DNA from: Lytechinus pictus
Lineage: Eukaryota
DNA: 64,000 nucleotides
Assembly (NCBI RefSeq): GCF_037042905.1
Contig: NC_087251.1
Coordinates: 41,666,001-41,730,000, forward strand
Direction of reading: 5' to 3'
The notes below the pieces were generated by a model that had not been told where the DNA came from, made no database searches, and saw only the letters and a list, made by a program, of their open reading frames with translations. The translations under genes and the position numbers were made by a program. Shown here one piece after another: positions 50,941 through 64,000 of this stretch. The stretch's first letter is position 1. Each line of letters begins with the position of its first letter.

Positions 50941-52048
50941 AGGTTCGAGGGAAGAAGCTGTATTTATGAGCATACATTTGGACTAGTTGACGTCGGAGTT
51001 TGTAGCTATTGCTGTGCATAATACGTTGTAGTACGTTGATTCTAAAGGTGACATGACAGATAGATAGATAATGGTCTGATAATGAGAGAGAGCAAAACTG
51101 TTTTAGATTATTTTGTGTAAGTAGTAAGAGCAGATCAGAAAATAAATTTGCTACTTCAGTTTCATGATTTTAGCAAAGTACCTAATACCTCTTAATTTGA
51201 TATTCTGAACTCTTTCATCCCATGAATGGAAATATATTATTATCACAAACCGTTTTTTCCCCCCCGACTTGACTTTTCTCGAAACTGGAATAATAACGCC
51301 CTCTTCGGCGGCTTGCTGCAGGTGAAGGGAAAGTAAATAAGAACCATACAGGTGGATAAGATAACACGGAGTAGAATCTTGGACACGATAGACACAATCA
51401 TCTGTAAAAGTTGTTAACTCCGTGCCCAGTGGAAGACACCCTTCCCTTTCTAGGCATAAATTAACAAAAAACAAAATCATATAGCACTTATCTAAAGTGA
51501 TTTTCTTACATTCTAAGATTCAAATGGTATATTTAAGAATGATCTAAAACGATTTTTCTCCCCTAAAAATCTAAAAAAATTTGCACATTTCAAATGTCGA
51601 ATTCGTTGATTTATTTCCAAACAGAAAAATAGTATAAATTTAGAGCACATTACTCACGTTATGTGCTGATAACATAATATGCTCCGAACTTGCTCTGAAC
51701 CTTCTTGTTATTTTGTGATTTTATCTCCGTTTTACATCACCTGAACATGCTATAACTTTCTTCGTGTACTTTCTACGTGTCTAGAGGAACATTCGGATCA
51801 CCATGCTGCTTTTAAAACTGTATATTTAATGCCATATTATGACATGCTGCACTATGAGACTTGAAGCCTTTTCTGTCTACAGTCCCACAGCCTTGCTTCC
51901 TACGTAAGTTCAACTTTGATTTTGCACAGTTGTGGTATGCTGATTTGACTTAGCTTATACCTCATTACCTGTCCAGTAATCTCTATTCATCGAGCTTACA
52001 ACTAATCTGCTTATTGTTATTGACAAAGACTGAGGTGTAGTACTAACA

Positions 52049-54846
52049 ATGCCTGATACTAGAAGTACAAAGCCTCAGACCAGTGGCGTACCTAGGATTT
52101 TTCACAGGGGGGGGCAAATTCGTCCGCCAAAAAAATTTGACAAGCAAAAAAAAAAAAAAAAAAAAAAGTGTCTTCAAGACTCGTCAGGGGGGGGGGGCAG
52201 TCTGCACCCTTTGCCCCCCGTAGGTACGCTTGTGCCTCAGACCCAGTCCCAGGTTCCTGTAAAGGAAATTATAAGAGAAAGAAGCAGTCATACAGACAAT
52301 GAATGATAAATATTCAAGAACTTTGAGAAGCTTATAGATAAAGTAGAACAGCAAGAAGGAAAGATTCATGAACTTGAAAATCAAGTGGATAGAGTAGAGC
52401 ATGAAATAACAAATCTCAGAGCACAGGCAGAATGTCAAAATGAATGCATACAAAAGTTGCAAATGGCCCTAAATGACCAGGAGCAGTACTTGAGTCTCCT
52501 TTTGATATCAAACCAAGGAAATGCTCTTTTACTTTTTGCGAAGAATTCAGTGCTAATTATAGAAAATATGATAATAGTTTTTCACTACTTCATGTCAATA
52601 AATTGTAGGAGTTTATGCCAGAATTTCCATGCATTTTGTTCAATGTTAGCTTGCATAAATCATAAAGTTACAGCCATTGGTGTGACAGAGACCTGTTCAG
52701 TCAAGTACAAAAACTGAGATGTGTAATATAGATGGTTATAATCTTGTATACATAAACAGACAACATAAATTAGGAGGTGGTGTTGCCATTTATATAGATG
52801 AAAGGTATGATTTTATAATACGATCAGATCTGAATTGTAACATGCCTGAATGTGATATGCTGTTTTTAGAATTAAGATGTAAGAATTATAAACCAATGGA
52901 TGTGTTTATAGAGTTCCCAACACAAATATGGAGATTTGTCTGGATCAATTGGGTAATTGTTTAGATATTGTTAATAAGAATAATACAGAGGTCTACATTT
53001 TGGGTGATTACAACATTAATTTATTGAATGCAAGTACTCATGATAAAACAAATGTATTTTTGGAAAATATGTTTTCTCACAACCTGTACCCATTGATAAC
53101 GAAACCAAAAAGGATATCAAAAACATGTGCAACGTTAATAGATAACATTTTTTGTAATACACTACTGAGATAATAATATTGACTCTGGCTTGTTCATAGC
53201 TGACATATCAGACCACTTACCTATATTTTGTGTAAAGAAACTCAAAATGATTTTTAATCAATGGCAGTCACAATTACCAAAAAGACAGATAAATGATGAT
53301 AATATAATTAAATTTAATAGAACACTGTGTGAAGTTGATAGGAGTCATGTACTATAGTACTGATGATGCTAATAATTGTTACGATATTTTTATGTCAATC
53401 TTCCACTCAATCTATAATAAATGTTTTCCAGAAATGAAGTCAAAATCAAAAGCGAACGTTACTTTTAGGAAACCTTGGCTATCAAATGGCCTCATGAAAT
53501 CCATAAATAAGAAGAATAAAATGTATAAAAATTTACTGAACAATTATTCTGACAAGCAAAAGAAAAGTTACATTAAGTACAAAAACAAATTGATAAACTT
53601 ATTACGCAGTGCTAAATCCGAATATTATTCTAAACTCTTTAATCAAATTAGAGGAAACACACAAAGGATTTGGAATAACATAAATAATATACTGGGTAAT
53701 CAACGCTTTAAGAAGTTACCTTCAGTTATGTATTGCAATGATTCAAAGTTAAATTCATCAAAAGATATAGTAGAGCATTTTAATTCTTATTTTTTGAATA
53801 TCGGTAAGAATATTGCTGACAGAATTCCTCCTGTGGGTGTGTCATATGATTCATTTTTAACCGGAAACAAATCACCGAACTCTTTGTTCTTCAGACCTAC
53901 TTCTCCATATGAAATATTAAAAATTGTCCTTTCCTTAAATTCTTCAAAATCAAGCGGCCCCGATGGTATAGATCATAGAGTTATAAAGAAATCTATTCAT
54001 TATTTCATTGAGCCACTATGTTTTATATTTAATACATCAATTTCTACAGGAATTATGCCTAATCATCTGAAATTTGCCAAGGTAGTACCAGTTTTCAAAA
54101 AAGGAAATGCAAACGATTTAACTAATTATAGACCAATTGCTATCCTTCCTGTATTTTCAAAGATTCTTGAAAAAATAATTCATGAACGTTTATATAAATT
54201 TTTACAGATAAATAATTTGTTAACTGATGCTCAATTTGGCTTCAGGAAAAAATTCTCGACTTCATTAGCTGTCCCTAATTTATGTACTTATATTCAAAAT
54301 GAAATTGAAAAGGATAATTTTTGCATTAGACTTTTTATGGACTTGTCAAAGGTCTTGCCCTTAAATGGTTTGAAGATTATCTATCTCACAGAAGTCAATA
54401 TGTGATGGTCAATGGTGTCAATTCCTCTATACAGCATCTCAACTGTGGTGTCCCTCAAGGATCTGTCTTGGACCTTCTCTTGTTCCTTATATATGTCAAT
54501 GATATTATCAAATCTTCTTCTCTTCTCAAGTTTTCCCTGTTTGCCGACGATACTTGTGCACTCATGAGAAGCAGTAACATTAAAACAATTGTCTTGTCGG
54601 TAAACGGGGAAATAGCAAAAGTCTCTACCTGGTTCAAAGCAAATAAATTATCTCTGAATATAGCCAAAAACAAACTGTTTATAATTGTAAATTTTGTCAA
54701 TGTTATTGTTATGGGGGCCATTCTCTACAAGCAGTTTGCTTTTTTATGGTCCTAGCAATATTTTGTACCATTTATTACATAATTATGTACACTGTATGAT
54801 TTGTATATACATATTTTTATGGTTGAATAAAATTGAATTGAATTGA
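52049..54846 (+). pseudogene. Decayed CR1/L2-group LINE: ORF1 remnant, APE endonuclease and reverse transcriptase, with frameshifts and deletions
   Basis: Coiled-coil ORF1 piece (52049-52490). APE motifs SINCRSL, GVTET, GGGVAIY, LGDYNINLL, LIDNIF, SDHLPIF; RT motifs GPDGI, NYRPIAILPVFSKILEK, QFGFR, MDLSK, GVPQGSVL, FADDT split over several frames. 3' stem-loop and (TTGAA)n tail. Confidence 0.92.
52081..52234. mobile_element. hAT-like MITE inserted in LINE ORF1
   Basis: Perfect 8-bp TSD CCTCAGAC (52073-52080, 52235-52242); TIR CAGTGGCGTACCTA / TAGGTACGCTTGTG. Confidence 0.85.
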
Positions 54847-55700
54847 GTTATCACAACAACAGAGAATTTAATGAAACAAAATAGCTGGTATTCTCCCAAA
54901 AAGATATACTTGTAACAAAGAATGTGAATAATTAAGAAAAACATAACAATGATAAAACACGAGAATGGGACACAATCATCACAGGCTGCTACATTTCACC
55001 TCCAAATTCTCAAAAAGAAACCCCATAACTCGTTTACCAAATTAATGGACAAAGTACATCGTTGTGGAAGAGCGCCACCTATTGTTGCGTTTAAAAAAAT
55101 TGTAAGGGATCATTAAAATTTACCTTCAAGCAAGGATGTCTTAGACCCCCCCCCCATAATCTATGTATAATTAATTATTTACATTGGTTATTATAAAGAA
55201 TTCATCGGTGCTATCACCGTAACAATAGACATGTAATTTTCTCTGAAATACACAGAACAATAATACATAATTATTGATAATATATATAGGGTAAAGGGGA
55301 TGACCCCATTTATTTTAAGAAAGAAAAATATGTTTAATCAATGATCCATTTATTTTAATCGAGGTCAAGAAATATTAACTACATTGAATCTTAAGAAGCT
55401 TTGAAAATATCTGAATCGCTAGTAGAAGGAAGCCCCCAGCTTTGAATAGTAACTCAATATATTGAGGCCCATAATGATCACATTAACGTGATCACAGAGC
55501 GAGAACAATAATTGCTCTGGCTGCCGTCTCATTACAGTACGTGATGTTATGTCAATTTATTTACCACTCTTGAATAATATTCATGTCATACCATCTTGAA
55601 AAGAAGTTATCGGCTGGGTAATATGGGTAGAGGGTAACTATTTTATTACAAGGAAGAATCGGTGGCAGTTCTTCAAAGTAGTGCGTAGTTCAGTTTGGCC

Positions 55701-55921
55701 CATTGGCGGCGCAAGCCAAACAATTTAGGGGGGACCACCAAAATTTTTTGATAAGCAAAAAAAAAAAGGTTATATATCAACCAAAATTTTAGGGGGGACC
55801 GACAAAAAATTTTGACAAGCAAAAAAAAAAAAAAAAAAAAAAAAAGGTCATCAACGACAAATTTAGGGAGGGACCGTCCCCCACCTCAAAATTTAGCCCC
55901 CCCCCGCTTCCGCCGCCTATG
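55701..55921. mobile_element. hAT-like MITE
   Basis: TIR CATTGGCGGCG / CGCCGCCTATG; TSD GTTTGGCC / GTTTGGGC; shares AAAAAATTTGACAAGC-poly(A) with 52081-52234. Confidence 0.75.
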
Positions 55922-56699
55922 GTTTGGGCCCCTGTGAACTATTTCCTCACATCAGCCATAGAGGGAGACTCACAAAAGTCATCTTGTTCACCCCTGTGTT
56001 CACCCCCCCCCCTCCCCGTCTACTTCAGTAAGCAATTTTTTTTCTCCAAAATAAAGTGGACCGGGAGTATAATAAGACTTTTGTAAGTATATTCATATTT
56101 TTAGATTTTAGGAAGGTATAGCTATATACCCTTTGAGACAAGGGACCAACCACGGGGACCAAGTCGAGGAGAGACTTGGTTGAGAAATAGAGAGCTATTA
56201 TTTTCCTGACTATCCATAAAATTAGATTTCTACGTGATTCATTGTATACACAATCCATTTTGGCAGTAAAAAAAATATTAACGATTTTGTTTGCCTGTTT
56301 CACAAATCGAGCGCAAAGCGCGAGGTAAAATTTTTGATATAAGCCATACTGACTTGAAAGACCTGCGAAGGATTGTGTGCAGGACTCATGAAGATGATAT
56401 CATCTTCACCAATGGGAGCGCGAAGTGTGAGCTAAGAATTTTTAATATCCTGGTAAGACAGCTATATCATAACCATGAACAGGATTTATGTTAGTGACAC
56501 TTTATATTGTTGGGAATAGTGACTACATGAGAAAATTTTGAAAAGTTGAAGACAGTGTAAATGCTCTTTTTGAGCACTGTGCAACTTGAGTATGATGCTT
56601 CATACAACATTTACTGGATTACTGAACATTTTTTATTGCAGTTTTCAAAATTTCTGAGGGGCCCTATAACCCCACCCCCTTGCTGCCGCCACTGATTGT

Positions 56700-56840
56700 T
56701 GCTAATATAATATTCATAATATTATATTAATATTATTATAATATATTATATTATTATTATAATAATATTATAATAATATTATAATATATTATTATTACGT
56801 ATATTGTTATAATATTATTATTAATATTATATTATTCTAT
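56700..56840. repeat. AT-only low-complexity repeat
   Basis: Mixture of (ATT/AAT/AT) repeats. Confidence 0.85.
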
Positions 56841-57132
56841 TTAAAAATCATGACTGTTGGCATAGCATTTAGGGGGGGGGCAGTGGGACAACGAACGGTT
56901 CCCATCCTTATGGAGTGTTGAGAAAAATAAATTACAAACAGACAAAGATCCCAGCCCCCCCCCCCCCGCTTCCGCGGCCCCTGACTTTGTTGTGGGTTCA
57001 AAGGGTAAGTTCACAAAAGAAAGTGATAAATTTTCTTGCTCTACCGTTACGCTTTTTCATATTGTCTTGATTTATAGGTTCAAACGGAACTTCAGTGAAT
57101 ACCTTGTTATGGCTCTAAAACGTTAAACTTAA

Positions 57133-57736
57133 ATGTCAAGTCCACCTCAGAAAAAAAGTTGTTTTGAATCAACAGAGAAAAATCAGACAAGCATAATCCT
57201 GAAAATTTCATTAATAATCGGATGTAAAATAAGAAAGTTATGACATTTTGAAATTTTGCTTATTTTCACAAAATAGTTATATGCACAATTTAGTCACATG
57301 CATATGAGAGAATAGATGATGTCCCTCATTCACTATTTCTTTTGTTTTTTATTGTTTGAATTATACAATATTTCAATTTTTACAGATTTGATAATAAGGA
57401 CCAACTTGACTGAACCATATAATGTCAAGCAATGGTAACCCCACATGTTCAGTGAGAAATAAAACTTTGTTTCACAGGATAATGAGGAGAAAATTAGAAT
57501 ATTTCATATTTCAAATAATAAAATACAAAAGAAAAAGTGAGTGAGTGATGTCATCAGTTCCCTCATTTGCATACCGACCAGGATGTGCATATAACTATTA
57601 TGTGAAATTAAACGAAACTTTAAAATGTCATAACTTTCTTATTTTACATCCGATTTTGATGAAATTTTCAGTGTTATGCTAGTTGGATTTTTCTCTTTTT
57701 ATTCAAATCAACTTTTTGTTGGGGTTGACTTGTCCT
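57133..57736. mobile_element. TTAA-targeting palindromic MITE (Kolobok-like)
   Basis: TTAA on both sides; ~170-bp imperfect inverted arms (ATGTCAAGTCCACC... / ...GGTTGACTTGTCCT); related to 24911-25483. Confidence 0.82.
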
Positions 57737-59527
57737 TTAACCTTAAAAAATGCAGAAATGAAATGAAAATGGAAAAAATTAATGTTTGGAAGCACATGCA
57801 ATGCAAGCCCTCCGATGACGAATGTAGGTCGATCACAAGAACTCAACCCCCAACGCGCTCTTTTGGTTTTGCGCATTATTTTGGGGAAAGTAGTTCCGGT
57901 GATTGATTGCAAAGATAGTTTTCCAACGAAAATGTATTTTTTTAAATAGCAAACTGGGGCACAGATTGCTGATATATTAACAAAGTCTTTTTACTTTGAG
58001 TAGTAGTTGTAGTAGTATAGAGGAAGTAGTATCGTCCTTTTCTCCAGGGCCATGCTGCGTGATGAACGAGTTTTGCAGACCGGGGGTGCTGGATTGAAAA
58101 AAAAAGAGTGACAAGAAAAAAAAGGGGGTTTTCCGCTTCAATTTCAAGGTGATTTCTATGTTTTTAGCATACCACCATGATTTCCAGGTGGTGCTGCCTA
58201 TCGTGTATAACTATACACATCCCCCCTTAGAAAAATACCTTTCCAAGGCCATGCTTTTCCCTTTCCTTTTCTAATTTTTGTTTCCGGCTTGGAGGTGCAT
58301 GGTCTGGTGAAACTTTTGGGGATTAGATAAGTTACGGCTACCAGAGTAGTAAATAAACTCTGACGGCTACCAGTATGCTGCCCTCTCGCGCCGGGCACAC
58401 AAGTACTGACGGGGGAGGGATCGCCTGCAGTGTATAAGGGAATCGGATTCAATACCACTCGCTTATGAAAAATCACACTCAGATATACAAAGGAATGTGG
58501 TAATAAGAGAACAGTTTGTCCTCCCAAAGAATTGAAAGCCTTCTACATCGGTTATATTTACTGCTCCTCATAATTAATTTCATATAATGCTTTAATCATG
58601 TTAATACTTTCTTTCCTTTTTAGATCAGTAATGCAGAAATCTTAGCTAACTCTAACCTCTTATCGCTCGCATTTTTATTTCGTGAGATAGGGAACCTAGC
58701 TGTTTACGGTTACAAAAAGTGGTTAAAATTGACATTCCTTTTTTTTCTGGTAATAGGCCTATTTTCAAAATATCAGCTTGAGCTCGGGTTCGCGCTCGCA
58801 TTATTATTTTGATTACTAATTTTGTGGTGGTGTGACCTTAGTTCGCGCGTTACCTAATTTTGCGCACGGTTGAATATCTCGATATCTAATTAATATCTTG
58901 AAAAACTGATATCACCAACAGAAAAAGGGACTCAAAATTACTCAGTATGGTAATTTTATTGAAGGTAAGGTATCTGTAAGATTTAGAAAGTGTAATTTTT
59001 CTTTGAAATAATTAACATGACGTTAGAGACGTTAATATGAGTTTTAGCATTATTTATCTGGGTCGAAAGAGGGCGTTGGAAATTCGCCATGCCAAGATCG
59101 ACAAAGATTTAAAGTTCAGCCGTCGTGACTTTAAGATAATCGGTACAAGTCCAATGTTGTAAGTAAAAAGACCTTAATATTTCCTTAAAGTAATGTTTAA
59201 CTGAATACATGAAACCAAAATTAACTCAAGACGATAATTAATTTGTTGTTAATTTAGCTCATAACTTTGGAGAAAGTGTTTGGAGTTTACGTATATAGAA
59301 TACACGTGTGATAAACGTATATTGACATTGATAGGTACTTGGATGTGTACATGAAGAATGTTGCGTAATACCATACCGTTACTGTGTAGTAATCTCGCAC
59401 ACAGTGCATAGTACAGAGTAGGTTATTCATGTTCGAGTTGTAAACGAAATGGAATGTCAAAGAAACAAGTGTTGTTTCTTTGTTAGCTGAATTTGGTTCT
59501 TAATTGTTGAAATAGATACAGTATAGG

Positions 59528-61458
59528 CATAGGCGGAACCAGGGGGGCCCGGCCCCACCCCCCTTTTGGAGGAGCAAAAAAAAAGAAAAAAAGTGGGAAA
59601 GAAAAAGAAGGGAAAAGAGAGGAGAAAAAAAGAAAGGGAAACATAAGAGAAGGAAGACGAGTGAATAGAATAAGATGAGGGGGAGAAAATAATTTTTTTT
59701 AAATCTTTTATGTCGGGATATAAAATTTTCGCTCGCGCTTCGCGCTCGCATTGCTTTTTAGGTTACATATCTTGCTCAATATGGAGCTTAAAATATCAAA
59801 TTTGGAAGTCAATATACAAAACATATTTCAGCTCGGAAATTGAACTTTCATTATTTTGTTTGATTTACAAATTGATTTTTAAAAAGTGCTCTGTAAAAAT
59901 TATTTTTTATTGTCTGAATATTGGCATTTTCTGCTTGCGCTGCGCGCTCGCAAAATTTGATTTGTCAGGTACCTATTATTTTCCTGTATTCCATAAAGCT
60001 ATCAAAATATCCCTATTCAGGTCAGATTGTCAAAACGTATCAGCTAGCGCTGCACGCTTGCATTTTGATTGGTGAGTTATGTATATCTCAATATTAATTC
60101 TAGAACAAACTATACTTAAAATCCCCATTTGGTGACAGTTTATCAAAGAATTTCGGCTCGCGATTTCCGCTCGCATTGATTGTTGAAAGATATTGTCTTG
60201 CATCTTATTCATAATTACAAAAGTGCTTAAATGTCCAGTTTTCACGCCATAATATTAACAGATTTCGCGCTCTCATGCTTAGGAAGAGAAATAGGAAGAT
60301 AGTCATCATTTTCATATAATGTCCTTATATAATGTCCCGGTCCTATGTCAAAACTCAAAGTAATAATAATGAAACACATCAGCTCTTTTTAACTGTGATT
60401 CATATCCACCTCACAATTTTCCCACACAGTGCTTGAAAAAAAGAGCTTAAATTGACCCTTTTTTCAGATCGGAATATCATATATTTCTAGCAGCTCGCGC
60501 TTTGCGCTCGCTTTATTGATTTTCATAATAAGAAAGGTATATAGAATACCCAAATTCTAGGTCGAAATCTGAACACGCGTTTATTCAGATACGCAGCTTG
60601 TTCTCTATTTAAGTATATTTATCCAGTTTCAGATCACAATATCATATATTGTCTGCTCGCGCTTTGCGCTCGCATTATTAATGTAGGAAAATTTCCAATT
60701 ACTCCTCCTTTTCATGATTTACAAAACGTGAATAGAGTGTCCAGAATTTTTCCGCTCGCGCTTCGCGCTCGCATCAGTATATACTTATCCTGTTCACGAT
60801 TACAAAAAGTGCTTAGAAAACATTATTTGAAAGTTAAAGTATGTAACGTCTTCATGGCTAACAAGCAGCCGTTAACACAATCTTTTTTTATCAGATCAAA
60901 ACGTATATTAAAAATAGATTTTAAAAATTCTGCTCGCGTTTTGTGCTCGCATTATTAATGTAAGAAGATTTCCAATTACTCATCCTTTTCATGATCTAAA
61001 AAAATATGAATAGAGTGTCCCATTTTTAGGTTTAAATCTCGAAGTTTTCAGCTCGCGCTTCGCGCTCGCATCAATTATTTAGTTATATACTTATCTTCTT
61101 CCATTCTTCAGGTAAAAATGTCAAAAATTTCAGCTCGCGCTTCGCGCTTGCAATATTTGATAGTTGACATATGTAACGTCTTCGCGTTCGCAGCAATTAT
61201 TTAGTTGGATACACATCTCGTTTAGGATCATAAACATTGCCCAAAATGTTTAAATTTAAAGACAAAATACATAAAATAAACAAAAAGCTCGCACTTTTTA
61301 TATAAGGCTTATCATATTATATATACAAAGCTTAGAAGTGACTATTACCCCTTCAAAGAAACAAACAAAAATTGACTTCGAGCGGCCGATCGGGGAAAAT
61401 GTTGCTGAAAAAAAATTCCGCCCCCCCCCCCTATTGGCGAAGGCTGGATCCGCCCCTG
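59528..61458. mobile_element. Non-autonomous hAT-like element with an array of GCTCGCGCTTCGCGCTCGCA motifs
   Basis: Ends CATAGGCGGAACCAG / CTGGATCCGCCCCTG; near-duplicate flanks GTATAGG / ATATAGG; about 11 co-oriented copies of a 20-bp motif. Confidence 0.7.
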
Positions 61459-63064
61459 ATATAGGGTCTATGTATAAGTTTGGAAATAAGGTATTAAAGC
61501 CAGTTTTGGGTGCATGTGAAATCCCCGATAATTGCAAATTACAAATAGGTGAAATTAAAGCCTTAAGTTAGTTATTGGTTTGAGTAAAGTTATTGCTAGT
61601 CAATGATGCCTGATAGAGTATAAAGATAGTAGAGGCAAGGTAACATTTAGTATCGTAGTTGATATAAAAGACAAATGAGACTAAGTCAAGGTTTTGTTTA
61701 TTTAGCCACATATAGCCAAGTTTATTCAAGGTTATTTGAACAACATTAACAGAATCTAAAAGGTAAATTTAGTTACAGAAAACAAGAATATTTATTTATG
61801 CAAGATTCAAACGTCACAATTAATTTGTACAATACATAGACTATTTATTTTATCTCATTCAAGTACATGTTGTAAAATGTAACTGCATATATACAGATGC
61901 TTATTATTGTCTGTTTATATTACGCTACAGATTGAACATGCTAGACGGTATGCTAGATGGTATGCTAGATCGTATACTTGATGCATCGTATGATAACTGG
62001 AAATTCTGCGTCACCGAGTCTTTTGTTTGAGTACTGTCAACTGTCAAGTCACTCGTAGTTATACGTCACAGTATCAATTTGTGAAAATATTGACAAAATA
62101 TTGGCAAACTTTGTTACCGTTTGCGTCTACTCTGAGAAAATCCGAACTTCTCGACAAGCATCGAGAAATCGCAAGTTTACAGGCAGAGGAGCTCCAAATA
62201 AGTACCATAAGTAAAATGTGATACCTACCGAATTTGGCATTTCAACCTCCATCTGATACAACTATCTTACCTCTGTCTGCTTGATTTCGTTTCTAAAGCT
62301 TTGCAAAATGATCACACTTTTTAAAGTCACATTTTTTAATGAAACTTTTTCAGCCGAGCACGCACGAATCGATCGCCATGGAATTTTGAGATCGCGATAC
62401 CAGCGAAACCCTTGACTTACTTTCTAATTCCGTCAAGCGAATTTCACTTTGGGATCTTGCTTTTCGTTTGGTATTCATGATTTTGATTAATTTTGTGTGA
62501 ACTCTGAGAAATTTTTGATAGAAAATCAACTTCATTGTAATTTTTGAAATATGCGCAAATAATAGTCACCCCATTAACGTACAGGGCGAATCCCACTTTC
62601 GCCAATATAGGGGGGGGGGGGGGTGGACGATTTCATCCATAATTATTTTCCCTGTTCGGTCGCCCAAAGCTGATTTCATTTTCTTGGTTTCTTTGAAAGG
62701 GTACTCCTAACAAAATTATTAGCTTCATTCCTATACCTATAACCAAGATAATCGTGTATCATAAGCCTATAACGTAATAATAGGAGCGGGAAGCACGAGC
62801 TATTTTTTGTTGTTGTTGAAACTTTTGTATTCACCCTGAAAAAAATGAACGTTCTGAGCAATATTTGCGATCATGGACAAGATGCGTATGTTACTAGGGC
62901 CTAAATAATTACTGAGAGCACGAAGCATGAGCTGAAATGTACAATATACTGACCTGATCGAAAATAGCCTCTTGTCGAGGCAATTACTTTTTTGCCAGTC
63001 CAACCGAGGATTCATAATTTTCACTATGCTTTCGAAGGAAACGCCTGATATACTTGTTTTATAT

Positions 63065-64000
63065 AGCCCCAGTCACATATCGACCCCGGACCATCCCGGA
63101 TCTGATCCGGGGTTGTCCGGGGAAAGATCCGTGTTGGCACCTTGGGCATCCTTGGAGGTCCATGGTGGTACGTGTTGGTCCTTGAACGTCCGGGAGGCTA
63201 ACACGGCAGTTTTTGACTGTCAAAAACATCCGGCGTCATCCGTGGACTGCCGTGGACTGCCGGGTGGACAAGCAATCCGAATCCGGGATGGTCCGTGTAA
63301 CTGACATGTTGATCCGCATTGCTGACGTGTAGATCTGTGTAGTTGCCGTGTAGGTCCGTGTAGCTGCCTGGAGTATCCTTAGCAGTCCGTGTTTATTTTA
63401 CATCAATGTTATACGTCGCTGTTTACTTTATGAACTTTTCAGTAGTTGTTAAACAGTTGACATAAACATAATTATGCTTAATTTATTTAGGATTAAATAT
63501 TCAAAATTGAATTTGTTGTTTTAGATTTCAAGTATTTAACAACTACCGTAAAAACAGAATATGTGTGGTATAAATAACAGCGTTTTTATGGTAAAGGAAG
63601 TTTAGAGTTTTGATATTTTTTTGTAATTCACTCAGAAAACAATTACGATGTTGCGACAAGGATGAGAAAAAGAATGAAATAAATAAAACAAAATTCAGCT
63701 CATTTTTATGAGCAGATTTTCATTTCCGTGCTGGTCAATATAGCTGACGTGTTGGTCCGTGTTGCTGACGTGTTGTAACGTGTTGCTGACGTGTTGGTCC
63801 ATATGTAGCTGACGTGTTGGTCCGTGCTGCTGACGTGTTGGTCCGTGTAGCTGACGTGTTGATCCGGGTAGCTGACGTGTTGGTCCGTGTTGCTGACGTG
63901 TTGGTCCGTGTAGCTGACGTGCTGCTGAAGTGTTGTTCCGTGTAGCTGACGTGTTGGTCCGTGTAGCTGACGTGTTGGAATGTATTGCTGACGTGTTTGT
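63065..64000. repeat. Harbinger-like element start with a GCTGACGTGTTGGTCCGTGT(A/T) minisatellite running off the window end
   Basis: AGCCCCAGTCACATAT start at 63065, CCGG/CCGTG short repeats, and a 21-bp tandem unit with 12-bp variants from about 63740 to 64000. Confidence 0.6.

Noticed and set aside
52049..54846. Active LINE
   Set aside because: Multiple frameshifts, stops, internal deletions in ORF1 and RT, and a MITE insertion.
59730..61152. CRISPR-like repeat-spacer array
   Set aside because: Spacers are variable in length (60-200 bp) and partly homologous, the repeats are degenerate, the array sits inside TIRs in an animal genome, and there are no cas genes.

Overview
Eukaryotic, AT-rich, repeat-dense animal DNA containing a complete orthodenticle (Otx) homeobox gene on the + strand. 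Its organisation matches sea-urchin (echinoid) Otx, with two alternative N-terminal coding exons: beta-type at 11796-11940 and alpha-type at 19626-20019. Each splices in phase 1 to a shared homeobox exon (23797-23948) and then to a last exon (41552-42139) carrying the K50 helix 3, SIWSP motif and Otx tail, giving predicted proteins of about 294 and 377 aa. The 17.6-kb homeobox intron contains an antisense, apparently full-length 10,866-bp Academ-type DNA transposon (26407-37272) with TAG...CTA termini, a TTG target-site duplication and ~160-170-bp imperfect TIRs. Its two coding exons join into an uninterrupted ~1540-aa protein with N-terminal CxxC...HxxC motifs, a DDE-type core, an XPG/FEN1-like nuclease and a C-terminal Cys8/CXC finger. 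Each TIR carries an overlapping CTCF-like and YY1-like motif, and the two CTCF-like motifs are in divergent orientation. The rest of the window is non-autonomous DNA transposons (hAT-, Kolobok-, CACTA- and Harbinger-like ends), a decayed CR1/L2-group LINE, LINE 3' tails, microsatellites and candidate Otx cis-regulatory patches. Species, family and motif assignments come from reading the sequence only; no database search was run.
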